Shown here piece by piece: positions 8,367-17,236 of a stretch of DNA of 32,000 nt; positions within the stretch are counted from its first letter, which is position 1, and every line of letters begins with the position of its first letter. The notes under the pieces were generated by a model. It saw only the letters and a program-made list of their open reading frames with translations. It was not told the DNA's origin and did not search any database. The DNA lies in contig NZ_CP184532.1 in the NCBI RefSeq assembly GCF_048629425.1, positions 413,398-445,397 of the forward strand, given 5' to 3'. Made by a program: the position numbers and the translations under genes. This stretch comes from Telmatobacter bradus. GTDB lineage: Bacteria > Acidobacteriota > Terriglobia > Terriglobales > Acidobacteriaceae.

Positions 8367-9039
8367 GATCGAGTTGCTCTACGGTAAGGTCTGTCAGCAG
8401 ATTCCAGTGTCCGGCCGACTTCGGTCGATGCTCGCGCAACCAAGCCCGCTCGGCGCGTGTCATAGATTCTCTGCATAGAGTATCTTCTTTCACCAGGCGG
8501 GAGGGCTCCAGCTTAGCGACGTGGTTGGCCAGTTCCTCTTCCAACTGGGAGCTTCCACTTCTCGCGGCGGCCTGCCGCGCCAGCTCGACTACAAACCCCA
8601 GCCGGTTCTGGCGATCCCGCAGCTTTGCATTCGCGGTCAGCCAATCCCAGTTCAGATTCGGATAGGCCATAGGCAGCCATGCCAGCGCCTCTGTGACTCG
8701 CGAATCCAGATCGTCCGAGTCTAGAGCCTCCATCAGAACTTCCACCGGATTCAATCGGGCTGAACCGCGCAGATAGGCAAAGCCCGGATAGCCCAGACTT
8801 CCCAGTATCGACTGGAAGAAGCCGGCGTCGCGCGCGCGTTTCTGGTATTCCGTGAGCGGGAGCGCCGTGGCCGGAACCTCGAAGACTTCTACGAATTTTG
8901 AGGCAAGTTCTGAGGAGACAGCCCGCTCACCCCGCTCGACCATCGACAGATAGGCCTGGGTCACGCCGAGCCGAGCGGCGGCTTGGGCTTGCGTCCAGGC
9001 GGACGCCTTACGGGCGTTTTTGAGTTCGTCGCCTGTCAT
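8353..9039 (-). CDS. XRE-family helix-turn-helix protein with C-terminal extension (putative antitoxin/regulator)
   Basis: Starts MTGDELKNARKASAWTQAQAAARLGVTQAYLSMVERGERAVS, a canonical HTH_3. The supplied 555-aa ORF (to 10020) is over-extended. Upstream of 9039 it is antisense to hsdR and not protein-like. Confidence 0.8.
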   Translation of the reverse strand: MTGDELKNARKASAWTQAQAAARLGVTQAYLSMVERGERAVSSELASKFVEVFEVPATALPLTEYQKRARDAGFFQSILGSLGYPGFAYLRGSARLNPVEVLMEALDSDDLDSRVTEALAWLPMAYPNLNWDWLTANAKLRDRQNRLGFVVELARQAAARSGSSQLEEELANHVAKLEPSRLVKEDTLCRESMTRAERAWLREHRPKSAGHWNLLTDLTVEQLDHVVL

Positions 9040-9044
9040 GTATT

Positions 9045-9069
9045 GAATATAACATATACTGTTATATTC
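9045..9069. promoter_or_regulatory. Perfect 10-5-10 palindrome, candidate operator for the XRE protein
   Basis: GAATATAACA-TATAC-TGTTATATTC lies 5 nt upstream of the XRE ATG in the most AT-rich stretch of this neighbourhood. There is no Shine-Dalgarno between it and the ATG, so the transcript may be leaderless or tightly autoregulated. Confidence 0.5.
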
Positions 9070-9135
9070 GTGCGATAATTCTGAACTCATGGCAAGGTCA
9101 CTGTTTGCATCTGTTTGTAAATACAGTAGATATAG

Positions 9136-10660
9136 ATGAATGGTGCACCAGCTGAAGATCATACTCTGTTCGATCCCTTTTCCTCGGGCGGCATTGTCTT
9201 TACTACGATTCAGAAATTCATCCCTGCCGACGATGATCGTGATCCCAAACTGACGGATCGGCGTAACGTCATTGTGATTGCTGACGAAGCCCACCGCAGT
9301 CAGTATGACTTTATTGATGGTTTTGCGCGGCATATGCGCGATGCGATTCCCGGCGCAACGTTCATCGGGTTTACAGGTACACCGATTGAGAAGACGGATG
9401 CCAGTACAACGGCAGTTTTTGGCGATACCATCTCGGTCTATGACATTCAGCGAGCCGTAGAGGATGGGGCCACTGTCCCGATCTATTACGAGAATCGCCT
9501 CGTAAAGCTCAACCTTGACGAAGCCCTGAAGCCGCAACTTGATTCCAGCTTTGAAGAAGCAACTGAGGATGAGGAAGTAGGCAAGCGGGAGCGGCTGAAA
9601 TCGCGCTGGGCAGCGGTTGAGGCCATTGTCGGAACCGAAACGCGCATCAAGGCTGTTGCCAAGGACATAGTAGACCACTTTGAGGCTCGACAGCAGGGCA
9701 TGGTGGGCAAGGGCATGATCGTCTGCATGAGCCGCCGCATCTGCGTTGAGCTTTACAAGGAACTGACGGCGCTGCGCCCCAAGTGGCACTCGGACGATGA
9801 CAAGGAAGGCGCAATCAAGATTGTAATGACCGGCAATGCGACCGATCCCGTTGATTGGCAATCGCATATTCGCAACAAACCCCGCCGTGAGGCCATAGCG
9901 GAGCGATTCAAGAATCCCAATGACCCGTTGGAACTGGTCATTGTGCGGGATATGTGGCTGACGGGCTTCGATGTGCCTTGCCTGCATACGATGTACGTTG
10001 ACAAGTATATGCACGCGCATGGGCTGATGCAGGCGCGGGTGAATCGCGTCTTCCGGGACAAGCGCGGCGGGTTAGTGGTGGATTATCTGGGGATCGCGCA
10101 GGAGCTAAAGAAGGCGCTCTCAACCTACACGGAAGGCGGCGGAGAAGGTGATCTCACGCGGCCTCAGCACGAAGCCGTGGAGCTGATGCTCCGACGGCAT
10201 CAGGAGTGCTGCGCTTTGTTCAAGGGCTTCGATTGGTCAGGATGGGCCGATGCCAAGCCAAGCGACAAGTTGGGGATGCTGCCCTGGGCACAAGAACTCA
10301 TTCTGGCGCAGCCGCAAGGAAAAGAAAATCTCACCCGATCAGTTGCAGAACTTACTCACGCTTTTGCGCTCGCGGTGCCGCACGATGAGGCTTTGCGGAT
10401 TCGGGACGATGTAGGTTTCTTTCAGGCGGTGCGGGCGGTGCTGGCAAAGTCGCCGACGCAGCAGGTTGGCCGTGTCGATTCTGAATTGGCCATTCGACAG
10501 ATTGTATCGAATGCCATCGTGACCGAGGATGTGGTCGATATTTTCGCTGCTGCTGGTTTGAAGAAGCCTGACATCTCGATTCTGTCAGACGAATTTCTGG
10601 CGGAGATTCAGGCCATGCCTCAGAGAAATCTGGCAGTTGAACTTCTGCAAAAGCTGCTTA
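9136..10660 (+). pseudogene. hsdR: Type I restriction enzyme R subunit (HsdR), helicase core fragment; 5'-truncated and 3'-interrupted by IS21
   Basis: [19 protein letters not shown] (motif II), FIGFTGTPI (motif III) and [35 protein letters not shown] stop (TAG 9133-9135) immediately precedes the first codon. The nuclease domain and helicase motif I (about 350-400 aa) are absent. Confidence 0.88.
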
Positions 10661-10789
10661 TGATTTCGCTACTCTGAATTGGCCCCATTTGATGCTCTGA
10701 GTTGGCCCCACCTGGGGCAGAGCCCGTTATCTTGTTTCGGGGTAATATTCCCCGGAAACGAGGACGGCTTGGCCACAAGGAGGAGCAAG

Positions 10790-12370
10790 GTGGAGCTATA
10801 CGAGCAGATCCGGCGGGAGTACGAGCATGGCGCCGGGACGATCCGCGCGGTAGCGCGGAAGTTGGGAGTACATCGACGGGAGGTGCGCCAAGCCTTGGCC
10901 AGCGCGCTGCCTCCAGAGCGGAAGAAGCCGCAGCGGGAGCGGCCCAAGCTGGGACCGGCAGTTCCGTTCATCGACGCGATTCTCGAAGCGGACCGCAAGG
11001 CGCCGCGCAAGCAGCGGCATACCGCGCATCGCATTTGGATGCGGCTGCGGAAAGAGATGCCGGAGATTGTCGTCGGCGAGTCCACGGTGCGCGAGTATGT
11101 GTGCGAGCGCAGGCAGGCGATGGGGCTTCTGAAGCATCAGGTCTTCATCGCGCAGTCCTATCACTTTGGCGACGAAGCGCAGGTGGATTGGTACGAGATC
11201 CAGGCCGAGTTCGATGGCCAGCCGCGCAAGGTCTACATCTTCTGCATGCGCTCGATGGCCTCGGGAGCGGCCTTTCACCGGGCCTATCCGCACGCCACGC
11301 AACAGGCATTTCTAGAAGCCCACGAGTTGGCGTTTCACTGGTTTGGTGGGGTCTTTCATACTCTCAGGTTCGACAACCTGACCTCGGCGGTGAAGAAGAT
11401 TCTGCGCGGCTATCAGCGGGAAGAGACCACGCGCTTCATCGCTTTCCGCTCGCACTGGGGCTTTCAGGCAGAGTTCTGCACGCCGGGCGAGGGCCACGAA
11501 AAGGGTGGCGTCGAAAACGAAAACGGGCAGTACCGGCGCAACTACATGGTCCCCGTGCCGAAGGTGCGCAACCTGGAAGAGTTGAACCAGCTACTGGCCA
11601 CGGGAGCCGTAGAGGAGCAGGCGCGTCTGATCACTGGTCGCAGCCTGTCGATCGGCGCATTGATGCTGGCCGAGCGCGAGCATCTGCTTCCGCTGGCCAC
11701 CGAAGGCTTCGATCTGGCCGCGCTGCACTTTCCTCATGTGAACCAGAGCGGCTGCGTCAAGGTGTTGACCAACTTCTATTCGACGCCGTTGCCGGTGGGA
11801 ACCAGGGCGGCCGCCAAGGTCTACTCGGCTTACGTGGAGATCTGGCACGATGGGCATTGCGTGGCGCGGCATGAACGCTGCTACGAGCGCCATCAACAGG
11901 TGCTGGAACTGGACCATTATCTGGATGTGTTCGAGAGGAAGCCGGGGGCGCTGGCCGGATCCACGGCTCTGGAGCAGTGCCGGACACAGGGTCGCTGGCC
12001 TGCCAGTTATGATCGCTTCTGGTCCATCGTCAGCGAACGGGAAGACCGTCAGGCCGGAACGCGGACGATGATCGAGGTTCTGTTGCTCAGCCGCACCTGT
12101 GGCGCTGGCCGCGTTCGCCAGGCGGTGGAAGAAGCGCTGGCGATGGGCGCTTCCAGCCTGAGCGCGATCCGCTATCTGCTCAGCGTGGACTGCCGGCCAG
12201 CAACGGCAGAAGCGCTGGCTGTGGAGGTCGGCGAATTGCACCGCTATGACCGTCCGCAACCCAGCATGGAAGCCTATGAACAACTGCGGCCGAACTGGAC
12301 TGAGCCTCCACAGACAGACTCAAGTTCCCGGATTGCAGACTGGCCGGTGGCGACGGAGGTGGTCCAGTGA
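10790..12370 (+). CDS. istA: IS21-family transposase IstA
   Basis: The GTG at 10790 is preceded by AAGGAGGA. The product starts [32 protein letters not shown] (HTH), followed by an rve/DDE core (QVDWYE...). The stop overlaps the istB start. Confidence 0.93.
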   Translation: MELYEQIRREYEHGAGTIRAVARKLGVHRREVRQALASALPPERKKPQRERPKLGPAVPFIDAILEADRKAPRKQRHTAHRIWMRLRKEMPEIVVGESTVREYVCERRQAMGLLKHQVFIAQSYHFGDEAQVDWYEIQAEFDGQPRKVYIFCMRSMASGAAFHRAYPHATQQAFLEAHELAFHWFGGVFHTLRFDNLTSAVKKILRGYQREETTRFIAFRSHWGFQAEFCTPGEGHEKGGVENENGQYRRNYMVPVPKVRNLEELNQLLATGAVEEQARLITGRSLSIGALMLAEREHLLPLATEGFDLAALHFPHVNQSGCVKVLTNFYSTPLPVGTRAAAKVYSAYVEIWHDGHCVARHERCYERHQQVLELDHYLDVFERKPGALAGSTALEQCRTQGRWPASYDRFWSIVSEREDRQAGTRTMIEVLLLSRTCGAGRVRQAVEEALAMGASSLSAIRYLLSVDCRPATAEALAVEVGELHRYDRPQPSMEAYEQLRPNWTEPPQTDSSSRIADWPVATEVVQ

Positions 12371-13137
12371 GCACACCCCAGCCGATTGAACAGGCCGCCA
12401 TTCAGCAGTATGCCCGTCAACTCTATCTGACCACCGTGGCCGACCAGTTTGCCCGTCTGGCCGAAGACGCCGTCCGCAAAAAGCAATCGCATTTGAGTTA
12501 TCTGGAGGCGCTGCTCGGCGCCGAGGTCGAGGAACGTGAGCGCCGAGCCGTGCTCCGGCGCATCAAGGAGGCCCACTTCCCGGCCGTCAAGACGCTTGAG
12601 GAGTTCGATTTTCAAGCGGCACCGCACATCTCCGCGGCGCTGATAAAAAAGCTCAGCGAGGGCGAGTATCTCGAACGCAAGGAACCAGTGATTTTGTTAG
12701 GGGAAACGGGCACGGGTAAAAGTCACTTGGCCGTCGCTCTGGCCGTCGCCGCTTGCCGCCAACGCAAGCGGGTGCGCTTCACCACAGCGGCGGAGCTGGT
12801 GACGGAGATGATCGAAGCCCAGAGCCAACTGCAACTGACGCGGATGCGCAACCGCTGGATGCGCTACGACCTTGTCGTCCTTGACGAACTTGGCTACGTC
12901 GTCATGCCGGACGCCGCGGCGGAGTTGCTCTTCCAGGTGATCGCCGGCCGCGCCGAGCAGGCGGCTCTGATCGTAACAACGAACTTGCCATTTTCCGAGT
13001 GGCCCACCAAGATCCCCAACGCACGGCTGTGCAAGGCGATGCTCGATCGCCTGACGGATCGCGCTCACATCATCGAGACCGGAACAGAGAGCTACCGGTT
13101 CCGCAGAACCATGGCTAGAAAAGCAGGTAGGGCATGA
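12367..13137 (+). CDS. istB: IS21-family helper ATPase IstB
   Basis: Walker [17 protein letters not shown], Walker B VVLDELGY, and a typical IstB C-terminus ([23 protein letters not shown]). Confidence 0.95.
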   Translation: MSTPQPIEQAAIQQYARQLYLTTVADQFARLAEDAVRKKQSHLSYLEALLGAEVEERERRAVLRRIKEAHFPAVKTLEEFDFQAAPHISAALIKKLSEGEYLERKEPVILLGETGTGKSHLAVALAVAACRQRKRVRFTTAAELVTEMIEAQSQLQLTRMRNRWMRYDLVVLDELGYVVMPDAAAELLFQVIAGRAEQAALIVTTNLPFSEWPTKIPNARLCKAMLDRLTDRAHIIETGTESYRFRRTMARKAGRA

Positions 13138-13475
13138 CAGGCAAACAGTGGTACTACGCGCAACTGCGCTGGGCAGTGATGGTGGAAGGCAAGGAAGGGC
13201 TGCGAGCGTGGAAAGAGGCCGTTCACATCTTCCTCAGCGAAGATGAGCAGACAGCCTTTCAGCAAGCACTGGAGATCGGAAGCCTGGGCGAGGATATTCA
13301 CACCGAAGGTCGGCGGGAGGTGGAGACCAGACTGGCAGAGGTGGTAAGACTCGATTGCCTGGGTAACAACCCAACCCAGTTCGAAGTTCGGCTCGGTTCA
13401 AGCAAGGCCCGAGAGCGCCTTCCCTTCGAGCACATTTTCAAACCGGAGGACCATATGCCAGAACCGACCTTCTAA
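13134..13475 (+). CDS. DUF4288-like small protein, passenger gene inside the IS21 element
   Basis: 113 aa. The start overlaps the istB stop (ATGA, 13134-13137). The pattern [14 protein letters not shown]...[18 protein letters not shown] resembles my memory of DUF4288. It lies between istB and the right IR. Confidence 0.6.
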   Translation: MTGKQWYYAQLRWAVMVEGKEGLRAWKEAVHIFLSEDEQTAFQQALEIGSLGEDIHTEGRREVETRLAEVVRLDCLGNNPTQFEVRLGSSKARERLPFEHIFKPEDHMPEPTF

Positions 13476-13504
13476 AACCGCTTGACCACGGGAGCGGCGC
13501 CGCC

Positions 13505-13561
13505 CCGTGTTGGCCTTGGCTCCAGTCGCCCTACGGGCTCCTTCCGCCAAGGCCAACACGG
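13505..13561 (+). other. Long perfect hairpin inside the IS21 right arm
   Basis: CCGTGTTGGCCTTGGC (13505-13520) pairs with GCCAAGGCCAACACGG (13546-13561), giving a 16-bp perfect stem with a 25-nt loop. The arms contain the TTGGCC core of the terminal repeats. It could be a terminator for the passenger gene or an extra IstA-binding site. Confidence 0.5.
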
Positions 13562-13640
13562 AATGACAGAACACATGCCTTCAGGTGGGGCCAAATGAGA
13601 CCGTCAAATGGGGCCAAGTCAAGTTGACGAAATCAGCTTA

Positions 13641-14113
13641 AGGGCGAGATCAAAACTCGCTCCCGGCGGAATGTGGTTCAGGCGCGCAAATTCTCCGATC
13701 TGATCGAGGCTTCTTTACGGCGCTATCAGAACCAGGCAATTGAAACTGCACAAGTGATTGAGGAATTGATCGGCCTGGCAAGGAAACTGAATGAGGCTTT
13801 ACGGCGCGGTGAACAGCTTGGGCTGAATGAAGATGAACTAGCCTTCTACGATGCCTTGGAGGTCAACGACAGCGCCGTACAGGTGTTGGGGGATACATCC
13901 CTACGGGCTATTGCCAAAGAACTCGTCGAAAATGTTCGAAAGAACACGACCATCGACTGGACACAGAGGGAGAACGTCCAAGCCAAACTCCGGGTAATCG
14001 TCAAGCGCATTCTGAAAAAGTACGGCTATCCACCAGACAAGCAGGAGAAGGCAACCCAGACCGTATTGGAGCAGGCCGAAGTACTGTCCGAAGGATGGGC
14101 AGTATCGCTCTAA
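13641..14113 (+). pseudogene. hsdR: HsdR C-terminal fragment (continuation of 9136-10660 across the IS21 insertion)
   Basis: Encodes (K)[43 protein letters not shown] ... DELAFYDAL ... [12 protein letters not shown], a typical HsdR C-terminal (DUF3387-type) region. The frame is continuous with codon A(10660)+AG(13641-13642). Confidence 0.88.
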
Positions 14114-14189
14114 ACCCAATTCAGTTTGAATAGCATGATGGGTAGACCAAATGTGAACTATGTTATTGGGTCTGCGCAAAATGATCGTA

Positions 14190-15227
14190 AGTGGGGTAGC
14201 TGCCTTAGTACAGTAGCCCCTACAGGTTGTGTTTTGCGGCTATTTGGCTGGCTCTTGAAGGGCGAAACCTCGTGGGCTGTGTTACGGCGGCATTTTCCAG
14301 CAAGCGATAGAAGAGCATTCCCCGTCGGCGCGATTTCCTGCGGTTGAAGCGAAAGGCAAACTCGTCCAGGTATGCATCCAGATGCGTGGCGGTAACCGAA
14401 CCTTGATGTGTTCCCAGCAGCCAGCGTTTCAGCCGCGATGCAATCTTATGGACACCCGGCATGACCACATGCGCCGGATCGCCGCTACTGGAGATACTGA
14501 CGGCATGGTGCTTGTGGCCTTCTTTTGCCAACCCCGCATAGCCCTTCCAGCCATCGGTGCACACCTGTGATCCCGGCTCAATCGCGAACTGCACAAAGGG
14601 AATCAGACTACGCGAGGAGGCATCCGCAACCCGCTTCAGCCGTACCCGCCCGAAGCCTATCGGGGAAAGCACTTCGATCGCGATGGCCACGATAAACTTA
14701 CGCTCCGCGCCGCGTCCGCGTGTGCCCTGCTCGATTCCCCCCACGTAGGTTTCGTCCACCTCGACTGTGCCTTGGAGTCGCTCGCGGCCAGGACGCACCA
14801 TGGCTGTCCGCAACTTGCGCAGCATTGTCCAGGCCGTCTGATAGCTGCCCAGGCCGAGAAGTCGCTGTAGACCCAACGCGCTGACTCCATATTTTTGGTT
14901 GGTCATGAACCAGATAGCGGTAAACCAGTCGGCCAGCGGTACGCGGCTGCGGTCGAAGATCGTTCCTGCCGTTACAGACACTTTGCGAGCACAGCCAGCA
15001 CAGGTCCAGCGCCCATCGGACAAGCGCCAGCCCTTCTCACTGGAGCATTTTGGACAATGAAAACCGTTTGGCCAACGGAGCCGCTCCAGGTAGCCAATGC
15101 AGGCTTGTTCATCGGGGAACCAAGCGCGAAACTGTTGCCATGTGCCCGGATAATCAAGCCCCAAATCGGGTTTTGCCTCGGATACCACTACATATAGATC
15201 CTACTGTACTCAGGCAGCTACCCCACT
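14190..15227 (-). mobile_element. Complete IS1595-family insertion sequence (1038 bp)
   Basis: 27-bp IRs are AGTGGGGTAGCTGCCTTAGTACAGTAG (14190-14216) and CTACTGTACTCAGGCAGCTACCCCACT (15201-15227), with one mismatch. The 8-bp TSD TGATCGTA lies at 14182-14189 and 15228-15235. Confidence 0.92.
14220..15188 (-). CDS. IS1595-family transposase (ISXO2-like)
   Basis: N-terminal zinc ribbon CPKC...CAGC. Also FDRSRVPLADWFTAIWFMTNQKYGVSALGLQRLLGLGSYQTAWTMLRKLR and VEVDETYVGG. GTG start. Confidence 0.92.
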   Translation of the reverse strand: MVSEAKPDLGLDYPGTWQQFRAWFPDEQACIGYLERLRWPNGFHCPKCSSEKGWRLSDGRWTCAGCARKVSVTAGTIFDRSRVPLADWFTAIWFMTNQKYGVSALGLQRLLGLGSYQTAWTMLRKLRTAMVRPGRERLQGTVEVDETYVGGIEQGTRGRGAERKFIVAIAIEVLSPIGFGRVRLKRVADASSRSLIPFVQFAIEPGSQVCTDGWKGYAGLAKEGHKHHAVSISSSGDPAHVVMPGVHKIASRLKRWLLGTHQGSVTATHLDAYLDEFAFRFNRRKSRRRGMLFYRLLENAAVTQPTRFRPSRASQIAAKHNL

Positions 15228-15245
15228 TGATCGTATACATGTCAA

Positions 15246-15842
15246 TCAGGCTACCCGCAGATGGACGCCTCGTTTTACCTGTGTACCTGGGACTTCCTCA
15301 AAGCGGCTCACCGCTTCCTTGATCGCATCGCTGTTCGGTCTGTCGTCGCGGATGCAGCTTGCCAATGCTTTAGAGGTGTCTTCTGAAAGGGATGCAACGA
15401 CCAACTGCCAGAGGCGTCCTGGAATGCGAAGTTCCAACTCACGGAAAGTCGTCGGAACCTGAGTCGCGTCCGTTATCTCGACTGAATCCTGACTGTTCTT
15501 CTGTAGCCGCAGCGTGAACTCCTTTCCTTCGATCTTCCTGAGCCCGCGTGCCGCCAAGAAGTAGAGCACCATATTCCGAGTACTGACGCCCTTTGCTTCG
15601 GCGGTGCGCGCGCGTTTCTGGAAGTGTTCTGCCTGCTGGCGGCAGTATTTCAGCCGGTTGTCCATCAGGGTAAGGAACCGCCCGATCCTGTCGACCTTTT
15701 GGCTTTCTGCCTCGCAGAACTGCCGAAATCGTTCGAGCAACTCGGAAGAGGCCGTACCGTTCTCCTCCACCTCTTCCTCGATCTGATCGAGCATCGAGTC
15801 GAGTTCGCGGTCGATCTCAAAGAGTGTGCTGCCATCGGTCAT
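15246..15842 (-). CDS. Siphovirus Gp157-like protein
   Basis: The ATG at 15842 has GGAGGA upstream. The acidic N-terminal helix LFEIDRELDSMLDQIEEEVEENG, the coiled coil, and the C-terminal FTLRLQKNSQDSVEITD...VP...IKEAV..FEEVPG..V.R..HLRV follow the Sipho_Gp157 pattern. Confidence 0.75.
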   Translation of the reverse strand: MTDGSTLFEIDRELDSMLDQIEEEVEENGTASSELLERFRQFCEAESQKVDRIGRFLTLMDNRLKYCRQQAEHFQKRARTAEAKGVSTRNMVLYFLAARGLRKIEGKEFTLRLQKNSQDSVEITDATQVPTTFRELELRIPGRLWQLVVASLSEDTSKALASCIRDDRPNSDAIKEAVSRFEEVPGTQVKRGVHLRVA

Positions 15843-15886
15843 TGAAGTCCTCCATAGAGTTTGTATCTGGCAGGGTGATAGCGTGG

Positions 15887-16345
15887 CTACGCAGCCATGG
15901 GCAAACTGTTTGCTTGAGTGCGCGCTGCGCGGTAGGCTAGTGCGTCGGCGCGTGATTGGATCGGATGGCCGCCGTGCCCTCTGATCCATCGCCAGCGAAT
16001 TGTTCGCAGTTCGTTAAGTCGGAGCAACTCGCGCCACAGATCCTGGTGCTGCAATTCAAAGCCACGGCTGTTGCGCCAGCCAAACTGCTGCCAACGAAAA
16101 ACCAGGAACCGCATTCCGTCGATCAGCAACTCCGAGTCAGAGCGCAGTTCGATTCGCGCGCCGGTCGGTGTTAGGCGCAGGGCCTCAACCGCAGCGCGTA
16201 GTTCCATTTCGGAGACGGTTGACCGCGGAACCGATCCGGCGATCTCCTGCCGCTTTGTCCCGTGGATCACGATAGCTGCCCAGCCGGCTGGACCGGGGTT
16301 GCCGATGGCCGAGCCATCGGTGAAAATGAAAAACTGCTTGTTCAT
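15887..16345 (-). CDS. RNase H (type 1)
   Basis: FIFTDGSAIGNPGPAGWAAIV, SEMELRAAVEAL, LRSDSELLI and W.RGHGGHP.QSRADALA. An alternative upstream start lies at 16426. Confidence 0.88.
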   Translation of the reverse strand: MNKQFFIFTDGSAIGNPGPAGWAAIVIHGTKRQEIAGSVPRSTVSEMELRAAVEALRLTPTGARIELRSDSELLIDGMRFLVFRWQQFGWRNSRGFELQHQDLWRELLRLNELRTIRWRWIRGHGGHPIQSRADALAYRAARTQANSLPMAA

Positions 16346-16424
16346 GGGGTGCTCCGGGCGGGTCGCTTCTCCGCAACGGATGAATGGGACGCTGGTTCCT
16401 CTTGTCACTGAGCGATAATATTTC

Positions 16425-17216
16425 ATGCAGATTTCTCCACATTGTTATGCCGTGACCGGGCTCGGATACTTCTCTCCGTGGTGCGTCAATGCCGGCTTTG
16501 TGGCAGGCGATACCACCACGCTCATCATCGACACCGGCACAAACTGGATGGCGGCGCAGACGATTCACGGCTACGCTTGCGCGGTTCGTCCCGGCAATCG
16601 AATCCTGGCTGTGAACACCGAGAAGCACTTCGATCATGTCGGCGGCAATGGCTTCTTTCGCGACCTCGGAATAGACATCTACGGACACGCCGAGAATCAG
16701 CGAACCGCCGAGGAGTTTGCGGCCGAGATTGCCGTGTTCAACGATTCCACTCTCGACCGCCAGCGCCGCGAGCGCCAGGAAGCCCATGCCTTCTTCCATC
16801 GCACGGAGTTGACCGCGCCGAACAAGAAGCTCGGCGAAGGAACCGTCTTCGATCTGGGCGGCGTAACTGCGGAGGTGCTCTTCACGCCGGGACACACGCG
16901 CACCAACCTCTCCATCTGGATTCCTCAGGAGCGCGTACTTTATACGGGCGATTGCGTGGTGAGCCTGTACCGGCCGAATCTAGAGGCGGGGAGCAGCGAA
17001 GACTGGCGTCTTTGGCTTGCCTCGCTCGACCGGATCGAAGGCCTGCGCCCGGCGTTTGTGCTCGGCGGGCACGGCAATCTACTGAGCGCGGCCGAGCTGA
17101 CCACGGCCATCGAGATCATCCGCGGCGATCTCCGCGAAGCCATTGCGCAGGGTCTGTCGCCCCATCAGCAATTTTGCAAACAGAATCCAGATGGAACAAA
17201 GGCCGACTACTTGTAG
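16425..17216 (+). CDS. MBL-fold metallo-hydrolase
   Basis: NTEKHFDHVGGNGFF (HxHxDH-type motif), FTPGHTRTN, LYTGDCVV and LGGHGN. Confidence 0.85.
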   Translation: MQISPHCYAVTGLGYFSPWCVNAGFVAGDTTTLIIDTGTNWMAAQTIHGYACAVRPGNRILAVNTEKHFDHVGGNGFFRDLGIDIYGHAENQRTAEEFAAEIAVFNDSTLDRQRRERQEAHAFFHRTELTAPNKKLGEGTVFDLGGVTAEVLFTPGHTRTNLSIWIPQERVLYTGDCVVSLYRPNLEAGSSEDWRLWLASLDRIEGLRPAFVLGGHGNLLSAAELTTAIEIIRGDLREAIAQGLSPHQQFCKQNPDGTKADYL

Positions 17217-17236
17217 AACGCCTCTCCGCGCGATGT

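Larger units (their letters stand above)
10661..13635 (+). mobile_element. IS21-family insertion sequence (2975 bp) carrying istA, istB and a passenger ORF
   Basis: Terminal IRs are TGATTTCGCTACTCTGAATTGGCCCCATTTGA (left) and, reverse-complemented, TGATTTCGTCAACTTGACTTGGCCCCATTTGA (right). TTGGCCCC(A) subterminal motifs are repeated at both ends. The 5-bp TSD GCTTA lies at 10656-10660 and 13636-13640. Removing the IS plus one TSD copy restores the hsdR frame exactly. Confidence 0.92.

Noticed and set aside
9040-10020. The upstream two-thirds of the supplied 555-aa minus-strand ORF (8353-10020).
   Set aside because: Only the last 228 codons, from the ATG at 9039, form a sensible XRE-HTH protein. 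The rest is antisense to the clearly recognisable hsdR helicase motifs and reads as low-complexity out-of-frame sequence.
10702-11874. A 390-aa plus-strand ORF in an alternative frame over istA. The antisense ORFs 10796-11302 and 11591-12283 belong in the same group.
   Set aside because: They are Arg/Ala/Gly-rich translations typical of off-frame reading of GC-rich coding DNA. The istA frame has unmistakable IS21 transposase similarity.
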